Assembly (NCBI GenBank): GCA_001938485.1 | Contig: MQRK01234177.1 | Location: forward strand, 12,923 to 65,466 | Direction: 5' to 3' | Length of the DNA: 52,544 nucleotides | Source: Girardia tigrina | Lineage: Eukaryota | Shown here: piece after piece, positions 1 to 13,900 of the stretch | How positions within the stretch are numbered: the first letter of the stretch is position 1 | How the letters are laid out: the number at the start of each line of letters is the position of its first letter | Notes under the pieces: generated by a model | What the model was told of the DNA's origin: nothing | The model's database searches: none | Seen by the model: only the letters and a program-made list of their open reading frames with translations | Translations under genes and position numbers: made by a program

Positions 1-308
1 GAATAATTGAAAACTGAGGGTACACTAAAATTGTCTTTTCTGACCCAGAAAAGTTATTTTGTCCTTTTGAGTGCATTATGAAAAGTGCTTAGTATTTTTT
101 TTTAAATTCTGTTATTTTCCTATTTAAAAGTTGTTAAAATTGAGAAAGAAATGATTGTCAGTTTGGGCTAGGTCTAGTGAGTATTGAGGATTATGCAGAT
201 GTTCCAAAGCAAATCTCAATAAAAAGAACTTTAAATAGAGTAAAAGCACGAACTCACACACCCAATCCAACCACTCCTCGGTTTCCAATACCAGAGAAGT
301 ATTAATGT

Positions 309-820
309 ATGATACTTCATGATTCTGGAGAGGATGATCCAGACAGAATATTGGCGATTGGCGAAAGAGAACTTTTCGTGGAGTTAGACAAACACACAAT
401 ATTTGGGGATGGCACCTTTGACAAAACACCATATATGTTCTATCAGTTGTGCACATGGCACGCAAAGCTTGGAAATTCATATCCACCTTGCATTTATTTC
501 TTTCTTCTGAGAAAAAATCAAGAGACATATAGAAGAATGTTAATTATACTGAAAGACCTTCTTCCGAACTGGTCTCCTCAGAAAATCCTCATTGACTTTG
601 AAAAAGCTTGTAAATTAATAGCACAGGAAGCATTTCCTACAGCTGAAGTCAAAGGATGCTATTTTCACTTGTGTCGAAGCCTTGATAGGAAGGTTGTATC
701 AGTTGGATTGAAAACTGAGTTTGATTCTGATCATGATATCAAAGTCAGAATCTGCTATTACATTTGTTCCACCAAATGACGTTGTCAATGTCTACAGAAC
801 ACTTATGCTGGAGTTTCCAT
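309..820 (+). mobile_element. Mutator/MULE DDE transposase fragment (frameshifted, truncated)
   Basis: ORF 309-779 has MULE motifs FGDGTF, YFFLLRKNQETY, LIDFE and GCYFHL. It continues in a shifted frame as FVPPNDV. Confidence 0.85.
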
Positions 821-920
821 TACCCATTTGTCACATTACCCAGTTGTTCCATTACCCAGTCGTCCCGTTACCCAATTGTCTTATTACCCAATTGTCAATT
901 ACCCAAATGGTATTACCTAA
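819..920. repeat. Short tandem/subterminal repeat, core (a)ttaccca(a/g)(t/a)tg, about 7 copies
   Basis: ttaccca units recur at 15-18 bp spacing immediately after the MULE fragment. Confidence 0.7.
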
Positions 921-2458
921 TTGTCTGGGAATCGTTGTATACATAGAAACATTTTGTTTATTGACCCATTTCTTTTCTAGAAAGTTTTTGTCATGGAAGA
1001 ATAAGATGTTTTCATTTGGTATTCCTGCAAACAAATTTGGAATCCGTCAACATATAATATGTGTCTTTGGTCATAAAACTTGGTCTTGAGTGATCACTAT
1101 AGTTTCACTATAGATTCAGATACGCCGTAATCTTGAATTTCTTGAATTGCTGATTGCGATCCACTATAAACTATTAAATAGGGCACTTTTGTGGATACAA
1201 AAGTTTGAAAACGAGTCATTGTTAAATTGAACTTGTTCATGAGAAAATTAGTAACGGTATTGATTTTATTGAGTTGATTACCTGGTTTGATTCGATTTTA
1301 CCTACAATAATGAAATTTTAGAATGACCAAGAAACGATCTTGAGTGAAAAAAAGTTGATAAAATCGGATTTGAATGTTTAAAATTACTTGGACAATAATA
1401 ATTCATTAACTTCAGTTTTAGAATTATAGCTGCAAAGAAAACTTAAACTTAATTTTGTATGGATTAGTGGTCAGATTCTATTTTAGAGAATTACTTTGGT
1501 TAACACATGTTTTCATGGTGATTGCTTTTCTTTATAATTACATTACTTCTTCGATGACTTTAGTCCGGCCGATTACTCGATAACTAAATGAAAATCAGAT
1601 CTAACCAAAACTTCAACTAGGATGTAATACTTCAATCGTTATCAGTAAAAGAATTCCGTCAAAATAAAAAATAATCACTTAAAAACGTTTTCCATAAAGT
1701 GCATCCTATTATTGATCAGATAATCCATTTCAGTATCTATACCCTGATATGATATCTTAAAAAATTTTAAAAAGTCATCAGGAAAAACATTTCAACCCGT
1801 CTTGAATAAATAACTTATTTTAGTTAAGTTGACATTGAAGATCAAATTTGAAAACAAGTTCAGTCTCACTTTGGATTCAGAGTAACTCAAAGATGAGTAA
1901 TCTTTTTTTAATATCCTATCAATATCTCGTAATACGAGTAGTAAACTGAATTTGATAATCAAGATCCATCATTAAGTACATAGTTTACCCATTATCAATT
2001 ACTTCAGCTAAAAATTTTATAAATAAATATACCAAGGACCAAAACAGTGGTATAAAACTGCGGTACCAAAAATGGCCTGGGACCAAAACGGTGGTACAAA
2101 AACGGTATGTACCCATTTTAAATTGTACATAAATATAGTATATTCATTTGAATGTGTTGAACCTAGAATGGTTATTTTTCGACCCAGGTAGAAATTGGTA
2201 TTTTTGATTAGCAATATTTAATCATTCGAACATAATTAAAATAATAATAATGAAATTATAATAATCTTATAAGTTTAATTTTTGCATTTACCAATTCCAA
2301 TCAATTCTAAAATAACTTTTTTTATAAAAAAAGTATATAATTGATATTTTCAAATAATGAAAAAATTAAAATCAATTTTGTTATAATTAAGTTAAATTTT
2401 AATACAACTATTTTTTAAAAGAGAGTATTTAAATTAATATTGTCGAGGTCTTGTGTGT

Positions 2459-2498
<40 letters not shown>

Positions 2499-2867
2499 AT
2501 ATATTATGTATAAATTATATACCATACGGTAATTTGAAAAAACAAGATATATATATATAATAAAAAAAAACAATGGATGTCTAAGGATCCACTTTCGACC
2601 ATTCCTGGGAATGAGGAACTATTTCCTCATTCCCTGGAATGGCTCCGAATTTTGGGATCCCATTGTTTCTATTTTGTTTTGAAAAATATTAAAAAAAAAT
2701 ATATATAAAAAAATAATATGTATCTAAAAAATCAAAAAAATATACGTACTTGGATTTTGCGTAGAGGGGAAAATATGAATTTTGGGAAATATTCCCTTTT
2801 TATAAAGAAATAAAAGTCGAATTTTCAGTCGACTAATCAAAATTGAAATATTATCGAGAAATATTAT

Positions 2868-3042
2868 CGGCCTAATGGCCTTTCAAATATAATAAATCAT
2901 TCCTTAATGGGAATTAAAAATAATACGGCCTTAATGGCCTAATCAATTTTTTTGATGGCCTTAATGGCCTTTGAAAATAATGAAATATAATACGGCCTTA
3001 ATGGCCTAATCAATTTTGATGATGGCCTTTATGACCTTTGAA
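2868..3042. repeat. Tandem array of GGCC-ttaat-GGCC units in a ~66 bp higher-order repeat
   Basis: ggcc(t)taatggcc occurs about 5 times; aatacggccttaatggcctaatcaatttt occurs at ~2922 and ~2988. Confidence 0.75.
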
Positions 3043-4827
3043 ATTAATTAATTTTTTTATAGTAATAATAATAAAATAATAATTTTTATATTTTTTATAT
3101 TGTAAGCTCTAGTATAAATAGAGCAATATTTTTATATAACGGACGCAAAAAAAAGAGGAATAAAAACTAAAAGTAAAAAAAAAAAATTAACAAATTGTAA
3201 TCGGATCACGTATTAATACGTTTTGAGCAAATTAATGCTAGAGAGCGGATCACGTATTTATACGTTTTGATAGATTGTTAGTGGAGCGGGGGATACGTTA
3301 AAATATGGGTTCCAATATACTTGAGTTTTCGCTATATAGCGTCTGTAGGGTTGTAAACATGCAGGTAAAAACCTTTTGAGAATAATAGATGGGGTGTACG
3401 ATGGGTACCGAGGTAGTGTTATTCATCACAAAAATAGTCGAAGATAACGGTACATATAACGGTCTACATGCAACACTAAGACGAAGAATAATAATTTTTT
3501 TTAGATATCACACCCTAAAACAATACTAATTTTTATTTTACATTTATAAATAATTTTTGTGTATAATTTGTAAAATAAAGGATGTTATGTAAAAAAATAT
3601 GATTTTTTTCAAAACTTTCCTACTTTATATGAAATTCTGCACTAGTTTAACAATGAAGAATACATTTCTAAATATAATAAAATAAAATGTAATAAAATAA
3701 ATAATTTGCAAAATGAATTATTGAAATCAAACAAATATTTATTATCGTTACCAGCACTAGTACGCGGCCGAAAACTGCCCGATCACAATGTGTTAAATTA
3801 AGATTCCTGTATAGGATTTTGAAATTAGTTTCTAAGCTGTATAGCACCTTATATTCTCGCCTCCAATCATACAAAAGTTGTACAAACCTTTGCTCAAGAC
3901 TGTAATTGTAATTTGAAATAAACGATTATTGAAGAAGTTTTGTTATTTATTGGAGTCAAAGAGTTCATCGAGTTTAAACGTTGGGTCAGATAATTGAGCG
4001 CCGAACTCCAAACGAATCCTTCTGATTTCTGTGTTCAAAAACAAATCCAAATTAAATACTCAACAATATATCCTAAAATAATTAAATTTATAATATTTTA
4101 ATTTAATTATATTACTATAATTTTATAAAATTTTAAAGTACTGTTTTTATATTTCTCTCTCGAAAGTTTTAATATATTGATATTTAATTTTAAAGATATT
4201 TTTACAATTTTGTCAGACATTTAATTCATCAATTAATAATAGAAATTCATTTAAAGTTCTTATTGTTAGGATAATTAAATTAATACCAATACATATTTAT
4301 ATTTAAATTCACATCTCTATTTATAAATATATAAAGGATCCATTATATGATTATATAGACTCCTGAAATTGTTTGAATCAATCAACGTAATTATAAATTA
4401 CGCGCATAATTTAATTTTGATTGGAAATAAACATTTCTTTGAGTTCCGATTTTTAATGGATAATTCTTACACTTATAAAGTAAAGATTTTAAATAATTTA
4501 AACTAAATGCTCAGGTTTTAGAAAGTAACATAAAAATTATTAATTTCAATAAATATTTTCGAAATTAAAAGGTAATAAATATTTTAGAAAGATAAAGAAA
4601 CTTTTTTCGAATAATCATTATTAACAAGACAGAAATATAAACAAATTAAAATTACGCAAATCAGGAAAGGTCTTTTGAGTGTTGCACTGACTCTAAATGT
4701 GTTCTTAATAATTGTGTCAGTGCTCTTAACAAGCATTACTCATAAAAATTTTGAAAATATTAAATGAACATGCATGTTTCTTATTATTTCCCTAATACTA
4801 GTAATTGTAAGGTACTTAATATTTCAG

Positions 4828-4981
4828 AAGAGTCGTACTTGGTGTTTCAGATTACTCAGGTAATTATCGAAAAATGGAACCGTTTTTAGGAGAGGTTCAA
4901 TGGCATTTATGTCTATGTCTGTTATTGGCATGGATAATTTGTGCCGCCTGCTTAATTAAAGGAGTAAAATCCTCTGGAAAA
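4828..4981 (+). CDS. SLC6 exon (end of EL2, TM4)
   Basis: tttcag acceptor; [51 protein letters not shown]; gtaaat donor. Confidence 0.92.
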
Positions 4982-7900
4982 GTAAATTTTTATGTCTGTT
5001 TTCAGCTAATAGAAAAAAAATAGGTGGTTTATTTTACGGCTTTATTTCCGTACGTTGTCATAATCATTATGGTCGTCAATGGTTGTTTGCTAAAAGGTTC
5101 CAGAAAAGGAATAGAATATTATATAATTCCAAAATGGGATTCACTTTTAAAAATTCAGGTATTAAATGCATTTAATTATTTGAGTTCGAAAAATAAAAGA
5201 ATGATTTTAACACATGATTTCTAAATTTTTCTTTCATACTTTGTCAAAATAACTTTTTTCATTCAGTGTTGTTTCTCGTTAGCTCTTTAAATTCTTTATT
5301 TTATTAAATTTTTTAAAATAGTTTTAAAAATAAGTCATCCTAGACAAAAATAAATACATATACTATGTAATTATTAAAGTTTTGTAACTCCATCATAAAT
5401 GTTTATCATCTTTCTTGGGAGAAGATATTTAGAAAATTATTTATTACAACTAAAAAAGATAATTTTTATCTTCAACGAATTTACAATGAAATCAATTGCA
5501 TTCTCGATGGAGACATAGTTTACCTCAGAACATAGTCTAATTATGTAGCCAAATTCATATTTGGAAAGTTTGTGCTGAAGATGATCCACATATTGGACGG
5601 CCTTCATATGAAGAAGATGAGAAGATACAAGTTGTTCTTAACGAAGACCCATGGGCTTTAAGAAGAAAAAATTCTGAGAGCATTTTTAATAATAAGACGA
5701 TTATGAGATGACGATTGATTTAAATGGGAAATAGCCAAGATTTCTATATGCAGATCTCATATGCGCTAACCGATGCAACAAGAACGAAAAGAGTTACCAT
5801 GTGTGAAATTTAACAGTAGTACAGCAAATATTTCCTTCTCGCCTAATTACCACTGATGAAAGCTGGACAAATTGACAGAACAGTGGACAACAACGGTACA
5901 AATCTTGGCTAGGTGCTTGAGATCAACAAGTGACAAAAACAAAAATATGCTTACCCTCAAGAAATATCTTGAACTTGAAATGCACTATTCTTATGAATGT
6001 TCTGTTATTTCATAAGACTGTTGTTGCAAATTAATACCGTAACCTATTTCGAAAACTAATTACGGAAGAACTTGAATAATAATTATGTAATAATTGAATA
6101 ATAGCACAAATTTGTAATGACTATCTTTATCCATAGCACGACAACGACATGTCCCATATAACTATCATTATGCGAAACAAGATTACACAGTTTTGTTTGA
6201 AAATTTTCGAACATTCATCGTACTTAAAAGTCTTGCTTATCTCAGATTTTAACCTTTCTTAATCCAAAAATTTTTTTATTACCTCAAACAACGGGCAAAA
6301 TTTAAGTAGACGCAATTCTTCAGGCATAGCATCAACAAGCTACCATGAAGGGAGCAAACAATCTATAAATCTCAATGGTAACTATTTTAAACATTGGTAA
6401 GACGATGATGATTAGATAAATTGTTGCTTTTCACTTTTAATTGACATTTCAGCAGAAATGTTTGAGTCAAACTTGTAAAATATATTTAAGCGGATTTTTC
6501 AATAACAATTAATCTGTCTTAAATAGATTTAAATGATGACTTTATACTCAACTTTAATAAATTGAAAGAGAGACTTGTTGGGATAATAATACATGGATTA
6601 AATGATTTTCTAAGTAATGTCGCACAAGAAACTCACTCGCAATATATTTTAGATTGATCTGATCTACAAACCTTATTCACGTGTCCAGTCAATATTGCAA
6701 CCATTACTCAATCGTCAATGTTATAGAATTTGTTTAAAATAGTATACAATAATTTTTATTATCATAAATAATAATATCATTGAAAAAACTAAATTTTATT
6801 CTTGCAATATATTTCGGTGAATTTTCCACCACCATCAGGTTTAATTAACTACAATTAAATATTAAAATGATTATAAAATCAAGTGATGCAATAGCCAATA
6901 AAATAATCTTAACAAAGTGGAAGAGTGACATGCATGATATCATGCTAATCAAAAATTCTCAATAAGCTGGTTGAGACTGCCGATTGAACATTGATTTTAG
7001 GCCAACGTGACGTAATTAAAAACGCTCCTTAGAATTTAGGTCACGTTGCATTAAAATTAATGTTCATTTGGCAGTCTCAACCAACTTATTGAGAATTTTT
7101 GATTAGCGTTATTTCAAGCAATCGATTACACAATCTTTTTTCTTTTATATACAGGTGAATTAATTATTAATGAGTGACTTGAAGATGTAGGTTGATACGT
7201 TGAAATATATTGTCAATAAATATATTTTTTAATGGATGAGTTTTGGTTTTCATAGAAAATTATCATCCGGATTTTATTTTATCAATAATCATTTTTAAAA
7301 TTATACCATATAGTTACTATATTTTTATACAGAATCTTCAAAACACTGACAAATTAAACTTGTGTGAATCTAGTGGTGTTCTACAATGTGATAAGCATCT
7401 ATTTTCATTTTTAATAATAAAAATATTACTAAATGGAATACTTTATATTTTGACAAATGAAATGTGATTTGAACGTTTTTTTAGGCATGGTCAGATGCAG
7501 CTACTCAGATCTTTTATTCACTCGGAGTAGCATTCGGAGGACTTTTGACAATGTCTAGTTATAATAAATTTCACAACAATTGTTACCGGTATTTCTTAAT
7601 GCTGAAATATATAAATTAATTTGTTTTCAAAATTATTAATTAATTAAAAAATCATATATATATATATATAATGCAAACAAAGGCCATTTTTGATTTTGAA
7701 ATTTATTGACAAGTCATAAAGTGATTAATTACTATTTATATAGTTGAAAACTATTATATCATACGTCACAAAAACATGCTTTTTTCATTAAAAATAGTAT
7801 TTCTTTTAATTTTTTTTCAATGATATTTAAAAAACTTTAATATGATTAGATGAATCACATTGCACGTTTAAGCATGGTTTATGATGCTTTATTAACAATG

Positions 7901-10900
7901 CTTCGGTAATAATCCTTTCATAATTTGTGTCAAAATTATTTAAAATTACTTAAAAATCTTCATTATGATCCATAGATTACCTTTACATTTTTTAATATGG
8001 CTCAATATCAAATTATTTCTATTCGATTGAGTATGTTCAGCAATTCTAGTACGGAGAAGACGATTTGTCTCTCCAATGTACAAGGCTTCGCACTTGTGAC
8101 ATTTGAATTGATAAACTAGATATGCCTTAATACACAAAGGAGTTTTTGATTTGTTTGAAAAATAGTTCCGGCATTTATTAGTTTTACAAAAATTACTCTC
8201 AATTTTAAGCCAACAGGTGTTCCATGTTCTAAAAATCGTTTGAACTCTTTTTCTCTCTCTGAGTACGGTAATTTTAGATTGATAGTCATTTGATTATCAA
8301 TGTCATTTTCCGAAGTTATATTTGATGTATTATTTGATTTTAAGTAAATGGATTCAAATCAAATTTTATGATTTTATTTAAATACTTTTTATTAAATCCA
8401 TTTTTAGAAAGCCTATTATGAAGTTCATCAACTTCATTATCAAAAATCTCAAAGGTTAATGTTAAACCCCAAACTCTATGTACCAAACCTTTAATCATGT
8501 TACTATTGTATTTTGGGTCAGAAAAACTGTTTGGACAACTGTAAAAACCGGTAACAGTTGGTTTTCGATATATTCGAGTCTGATATTTATATTTAATTCT
8601 TACAATTAATACGTCCAAAAATGATAGTTTACTAGTATTTTCCATTTCAAAGGTAAATTTGATATTAGGGTGAAGACCATTTACAAACTCTATGTAACAC
8701 GCGAAAAGTTTATTTTCAAAACACTGTTTCATTAATAATATTCAAACAAAATATTTATCAAAAAATCATATATTAAATATTTTAAATATTTAAATATCCA
8801 ACACTTTCACCAGATTCGTCCATAGATGAATCTGAATTCACAATGTAATCATTTAGATAAGACGGTCTTCGTCTTTCTCTACTAGACCTACTGTTCAATG
8901 ATTGTTCCTCTTATGTTTGATTGTCTAGTGGTGATGCAGTTTCCTCTATATTCATATAGTGTCAGGCTGTCTAGGTCAAATGTCTGCAATATGTCTTGGA
9001 CCGCAAAATCCGTTAAAATTAACTAGATATTTCCATTGATCTATTCTTTTCACGACGACACCCTTGGCCCATTGATGTGTACATAGTGTACTGTTTTCCG
9101 GTTTTACCCACACTAACTGATTCTCAATATAATCTGAGTTTCCACAAAACGGTTCCTTTTCGCTTCTTCCAATTATATATAGTAGGCAAATAGCTATACA
9201 GCGCCGAGCTTGGTGTTTCTTTTCCTTCAGATGGCGTGTTATTATACCACCATAAGGCTTCCAATATGTTGATATTTTATCTGGACGTAATTATTTTGAT
9301 TGTCCTGTGATTCTTTTCTATTATTCCGTTGCAGTTAGGTCGATTGATGGCATGATACATGACTCAAACGTTCCACTTTTCCATTAGCTTGTTGAATTCT
9401 ACTGAATGCAATGTGGTATAATTATCGATAATTAGTTCTTCGGGAGACCCGCGTGCACAAAACAAACTTGAGAATTCTAAGACAATTGACTTGACGTCTT
9501 CAGCCTTAATTAATTTCCATATCGCAAAGCGTGAAGGACCACAATCGATTACACTTAAAAATTTTTGTTGATTGTACTTTGTAACATCTGCAGCAAGTCT
9601 TGTCCAGTTTTCGTTGACGCTCAGCCTACCGGTTTTCCATTTTACGGGTGCCGGATCGATGGATTGACATTTTGGACATCTTGAAATCAGATCCTTGATA
9701 TCCGCGTTAGATACACCTATTCCTTGCTTCGCACATAGATATCGCATTCTGTTTGCGCCCAAATGACTCTTATCATGAAGTTGCTGCAGCTTGAGTAGAT
9801 CGTCCTTAACCGATAAAAACAATTGCTTCTTTTTAATTGTTTTGGGATTCTTGTCAACTCGTCCGCCTTGTTATCTTCTCTACTAACAAACTCGATCTTC
9901 AACTCAATCTCATACTCCTGACACAGCTCCTTGATCATCGACAGTTTTCGTTTTATTAAAAGCTCAGATGAAGTCTTGGTATTTAATTTTTCGCGATTTG
10001 AGATTGTTGAGGTTATCCACAAAACTACTGACTTATTATCCAATTTTACAATCACGCTCCTTAAACCCCATTTCAAACATTAAGTTTAAACCCTTTACAA
10101 CAGCTTCTAGTTCTGCTACATTAATATGTCTAGAATCATCAGTTTTTCTCAACCATGATGCATCCTCGATTATATTCCCTTTGACTTATAAGGCCGCACC
10201 AATGGTTATTGAACTTGCGTTGAACCATATAATACCTTCCCTGCAGTTATCAATGACCCATTAGTTGTAAACTAATAGAAGACCCCACTTAGTTGTCGCC
10301 TTGTCCTCCGAAAGTCGGCCCGTCTTCCCGATCGTACCCAGATAAAGGGGGCACGCCGGTCTACTCATCGTTTATTTCCATTTCATTTATTTCCAGGAGG
10401 AATAACAAACATCTTTGTTTATAACATTTATTATTATTTTAAAATTTACACATTTTTTATAACACTTTTGGATGTGTTTAAACAAGCGTCTTTATGTTTT
10501 TAGTTTTTTCTTTTTCAATTATTGGAGTAACACAATGAATTCTACCAAATAAATAAAGTAAAAATTGCAGCATAAAATGGCAATGAAGTTTATCCTGATG
10601 ATATAAATGTACATAAAGTACAACGATGGTTTGAAAATTTTGAAAATGTAATCTTTAAACACATTTTTTTCTTTGTCGGATCGAGTACTTGTTCGAGGCA
10701 CTATTCACATTTTGTTAAAAATTTACTATTGCTTTTTAATTTCGTAATCAGTATATTTATTTATAATTTAGAGATGCTCTTACGGTATCAATAATCAATT
10801 GTGCAACAAGTTTTACTGCTGGATTCGGAATATTCTCTGTCATTGGATATATGTCGGTAGAAACTGGTAGATCAATAGAGGATACGACGACCAGTGGTAC

Positions 10901-13900
10901 AGGGTTAGCTTTTGTCGCTTATGCGCAAAGCTTATCTACCATGAAAGTGGCACCATTGTGGTCTATTTTATTTTTTGGAATGTTAATAACTTTGGGAATC
11001 GATTCTCAATTCGGAGGAATGGAAGCTATATTTACCGGTCTTCAAGACGAATTTCCTATTTTAAAGAAAACACATTTCATTGACATTTCTTTCAAACTGG
11101 TAGTTCAAATTTTACTCTTTTTTCTCGGGATTCCATGTATATCAAAAGTAAAATATAAAAATTGTTAAAAACAATTTTATAAAATATTAGGGAGGAATAT
11201 ATATTTTCACAGTAATGGATACATATTGCGGTAGTTTTTCGTTGTTGATCATTGGACTAATGGAATTAATTGCCGTTGTTTACTTTTACGGTGAGATTTT
11301 TTAATTTTTTCTAAATTATCTTTAAATCAATTAATGGGATAAGAATAATAGGATCAAAGACACTATATCTAATTGATGTAAAGTGTCCATATGATACGAA
11401 AAAGAACATGGCCAACAACAACACCAGGAATCTGGACCATTTCCAGAACTTGGCGGAAATTTGCCGTCGGGCCATGCCGGAAACCATGTTGTCGGTGCAC
11501 ACTCTTCAGGTGGGTGCATTAGGAACTTGGCCGAAGAGGAACACTGATATATTGACAACCCTAAAGATCCCACCAAAGGTGATACGACGAATTGTAATAG
11601 GCTGCTCTGTATCCAATCTTAGATACTCGACAGCTTTATGGATGTATCACCGGGACGGTGTGATCCTTACTGGGACTCAAAAATTAAAAAATAGTGATAG
11701 AGGACATTAAAAGAACCTCATGAATTGATGCTCATGATGGAGGAAAAGAATTATAAGCATTCAGAGCCTAAGGATACTGAGATATTTTGATATAGCCGCC
11801 CTGGATGCACTCCTACAGTCATACAACTTTAGGATTCGAGTGCAACAGGGGAAAAAAGATCAAGTACAGGATAACGATGACGAAACACAAGTATCCCTCC
11901 AATATAGGAGGAGGGTTGGAGACTCGTCTGAGGATGAAAACAACCCATCATTGGAGGAAAAATTATCCTCCGATGATGAGTTGATAATGTGTGAGTAGAA
12001 ATGTCGGACTTGGCGGAAACGATCACCCAATTGAAGGATGCGGGGGGAGGCCGCGAGTAAAGAACCCCGTGAAAATCAGGGCACATGATGAAGATGGCTT
12101 CGGCCCGAAACATGGTGCGAATGAATTCATGTTACAACCGGGCACTTTTGTTCATAAAAAATTAACTTTTAATTTCTCAAAATTTTATTAGATAAAAATG
12201 CTTTAACTAATTTTTAAAATAAACATTAGTTTTCAAAATATATGAAATTCAATAAGTTAAATAGTTTACTAATATTATTAATATTATAATAAATATTATT
12301 AAAATTTATAATTATAAAACTTTAATTAATTAGTATTCAAACATTAATCGCATTAAATTAATTTCATTAGATTTAAATAAATAATCAGTAACATATAAAT
12401 CCCATCTGAGTAGGAGAGTCACCAATCTAAACACCATACAAACTTCCGAATTATGATGAGGAATATTTCAAATTCACTATGTTGAGATTGGTATGTTGAA
12501 TTTGTATTTTGGGCTTGAATGTTAGCATCCGTTATGTTTGATCGTGTTTTGTGTTTAGTCAATTTTATTTTCACACGATTAGCAGGTGTAAGTTGAATCA
12601 AAAACGCTCAAAACTTTTTATGCAAGATTTCTCAAATTCGAAAATTTCTCTTTTGTGAAATAAGTATTATATAAGTCTACTTTTGATTCTGATGTTTCAA
12701 AAATGTGTTTCAATTTGAGATTACATTATAAGTCAACCATTTATTATGTAAGAAATATATTTTGTAATAAATTTTATAATATATTTTGTAAATACTTAGG
12801 CTGTCCCAAAAGTCCTCAGGTGACCTTTACAAACGCACTAATATTTTACCAAATTTAACCAAATTTGGACAGAATATTATTCAGACTGTCAAAAATACTG
12901 TGTTAAAATTTCAAAGCATAAAATTTAAATAACGTAAAATTTTGTTTTATTAAAGGATTGAAATTTTAAAAGTGCAGCGAATTCAAATCAAGCGGTTTTT
13001 AACAATGGAACCAAATAAATGTTGCCAACGTTTTTTTGTTCTAACTCAAAGTAAAAGAGGATTCTCTGCTTCAGAAATTCTTCAGCAACTTCAGCAGGCA
13101 TGGGAAGACGCAAATCACCCAGCACTGAAAACTATTCAACAATGGTTGACTGATTTTAAAAACAGAAAAGCGGACATCCTTCGACTTTTCATCAAGAAGT
13201 GGCAGGCCGTCATTAATAGACAATGAAAAGATTAAAGCAGTCAAAGAAGTGATTGATGAAGCTCCAAATGCGTCTTTGCGTTATATTGAAAATGAACTTT
13301 CTTTAGTCAAAAATACAGTCCACAAAATTTTGCGTGAAAAACTTCATTACAAAAAAAGTTTGCTCTGTTTTGGTCCCTCACGAACTTTCTGCTGCTAATA
13401 AACAACAACGTATTAACACTGCAAAGCATATACGCCATGTAATTTCACAGATGGTTGATAGAGTATATTCCAACATAGCGATCGAGGATGAGACATGGGT
13501 CTTTTTCCAAGGTAGAGGAAAGAAAAAAGATCACAAAGTTTGGATTCCTTCTAATGCTGTTCCACCAAAAGTGATAAAGCCATCGCCAATGACTGATAAA
13601 AAATCTCGTTTTCGTAACCATTTACCTGCAACAAACGTTTTAATGTAAAAGCACTGCCATATGCTACCAAGATTGATTCCGAGGCGTATGTCAACTTTGT
13701 TCATGACACCGGTGAAAATGGCAGAAACTAAAATCTAACAACATCAAACTAAAGGAACTTAAGTGGTGGTATGATAATGCAAGACCTCATTCTAGCAAAG
13801 AAACAACTCTTTTTTTTGAAAGAAGAAAAGTTGAAAAAAATATCAATCGCCCTATAGTCCAGATTTTAATCTGTGTGACAGATTCTTGTTTTCAAAAATG

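Noticed and set aside
124-528. 134-aa minus-strand ORF (similarly 33499-33816, 33999-34310, 37575-37991, 46654-46875, 26701-26916, 9968-10264)
   Set aside because: Antisense shadows of real coding or transposon sequence, with no motifs of their own.
975-1090. piggyBac-like PANKFGI fragment
   Set aside because: Only one short motif, which is not enough support.
2868-3042. CRISPR-like array
   Set aside because: No unique spacers of uniform length, no cas genes, and the context is eukaryotic.
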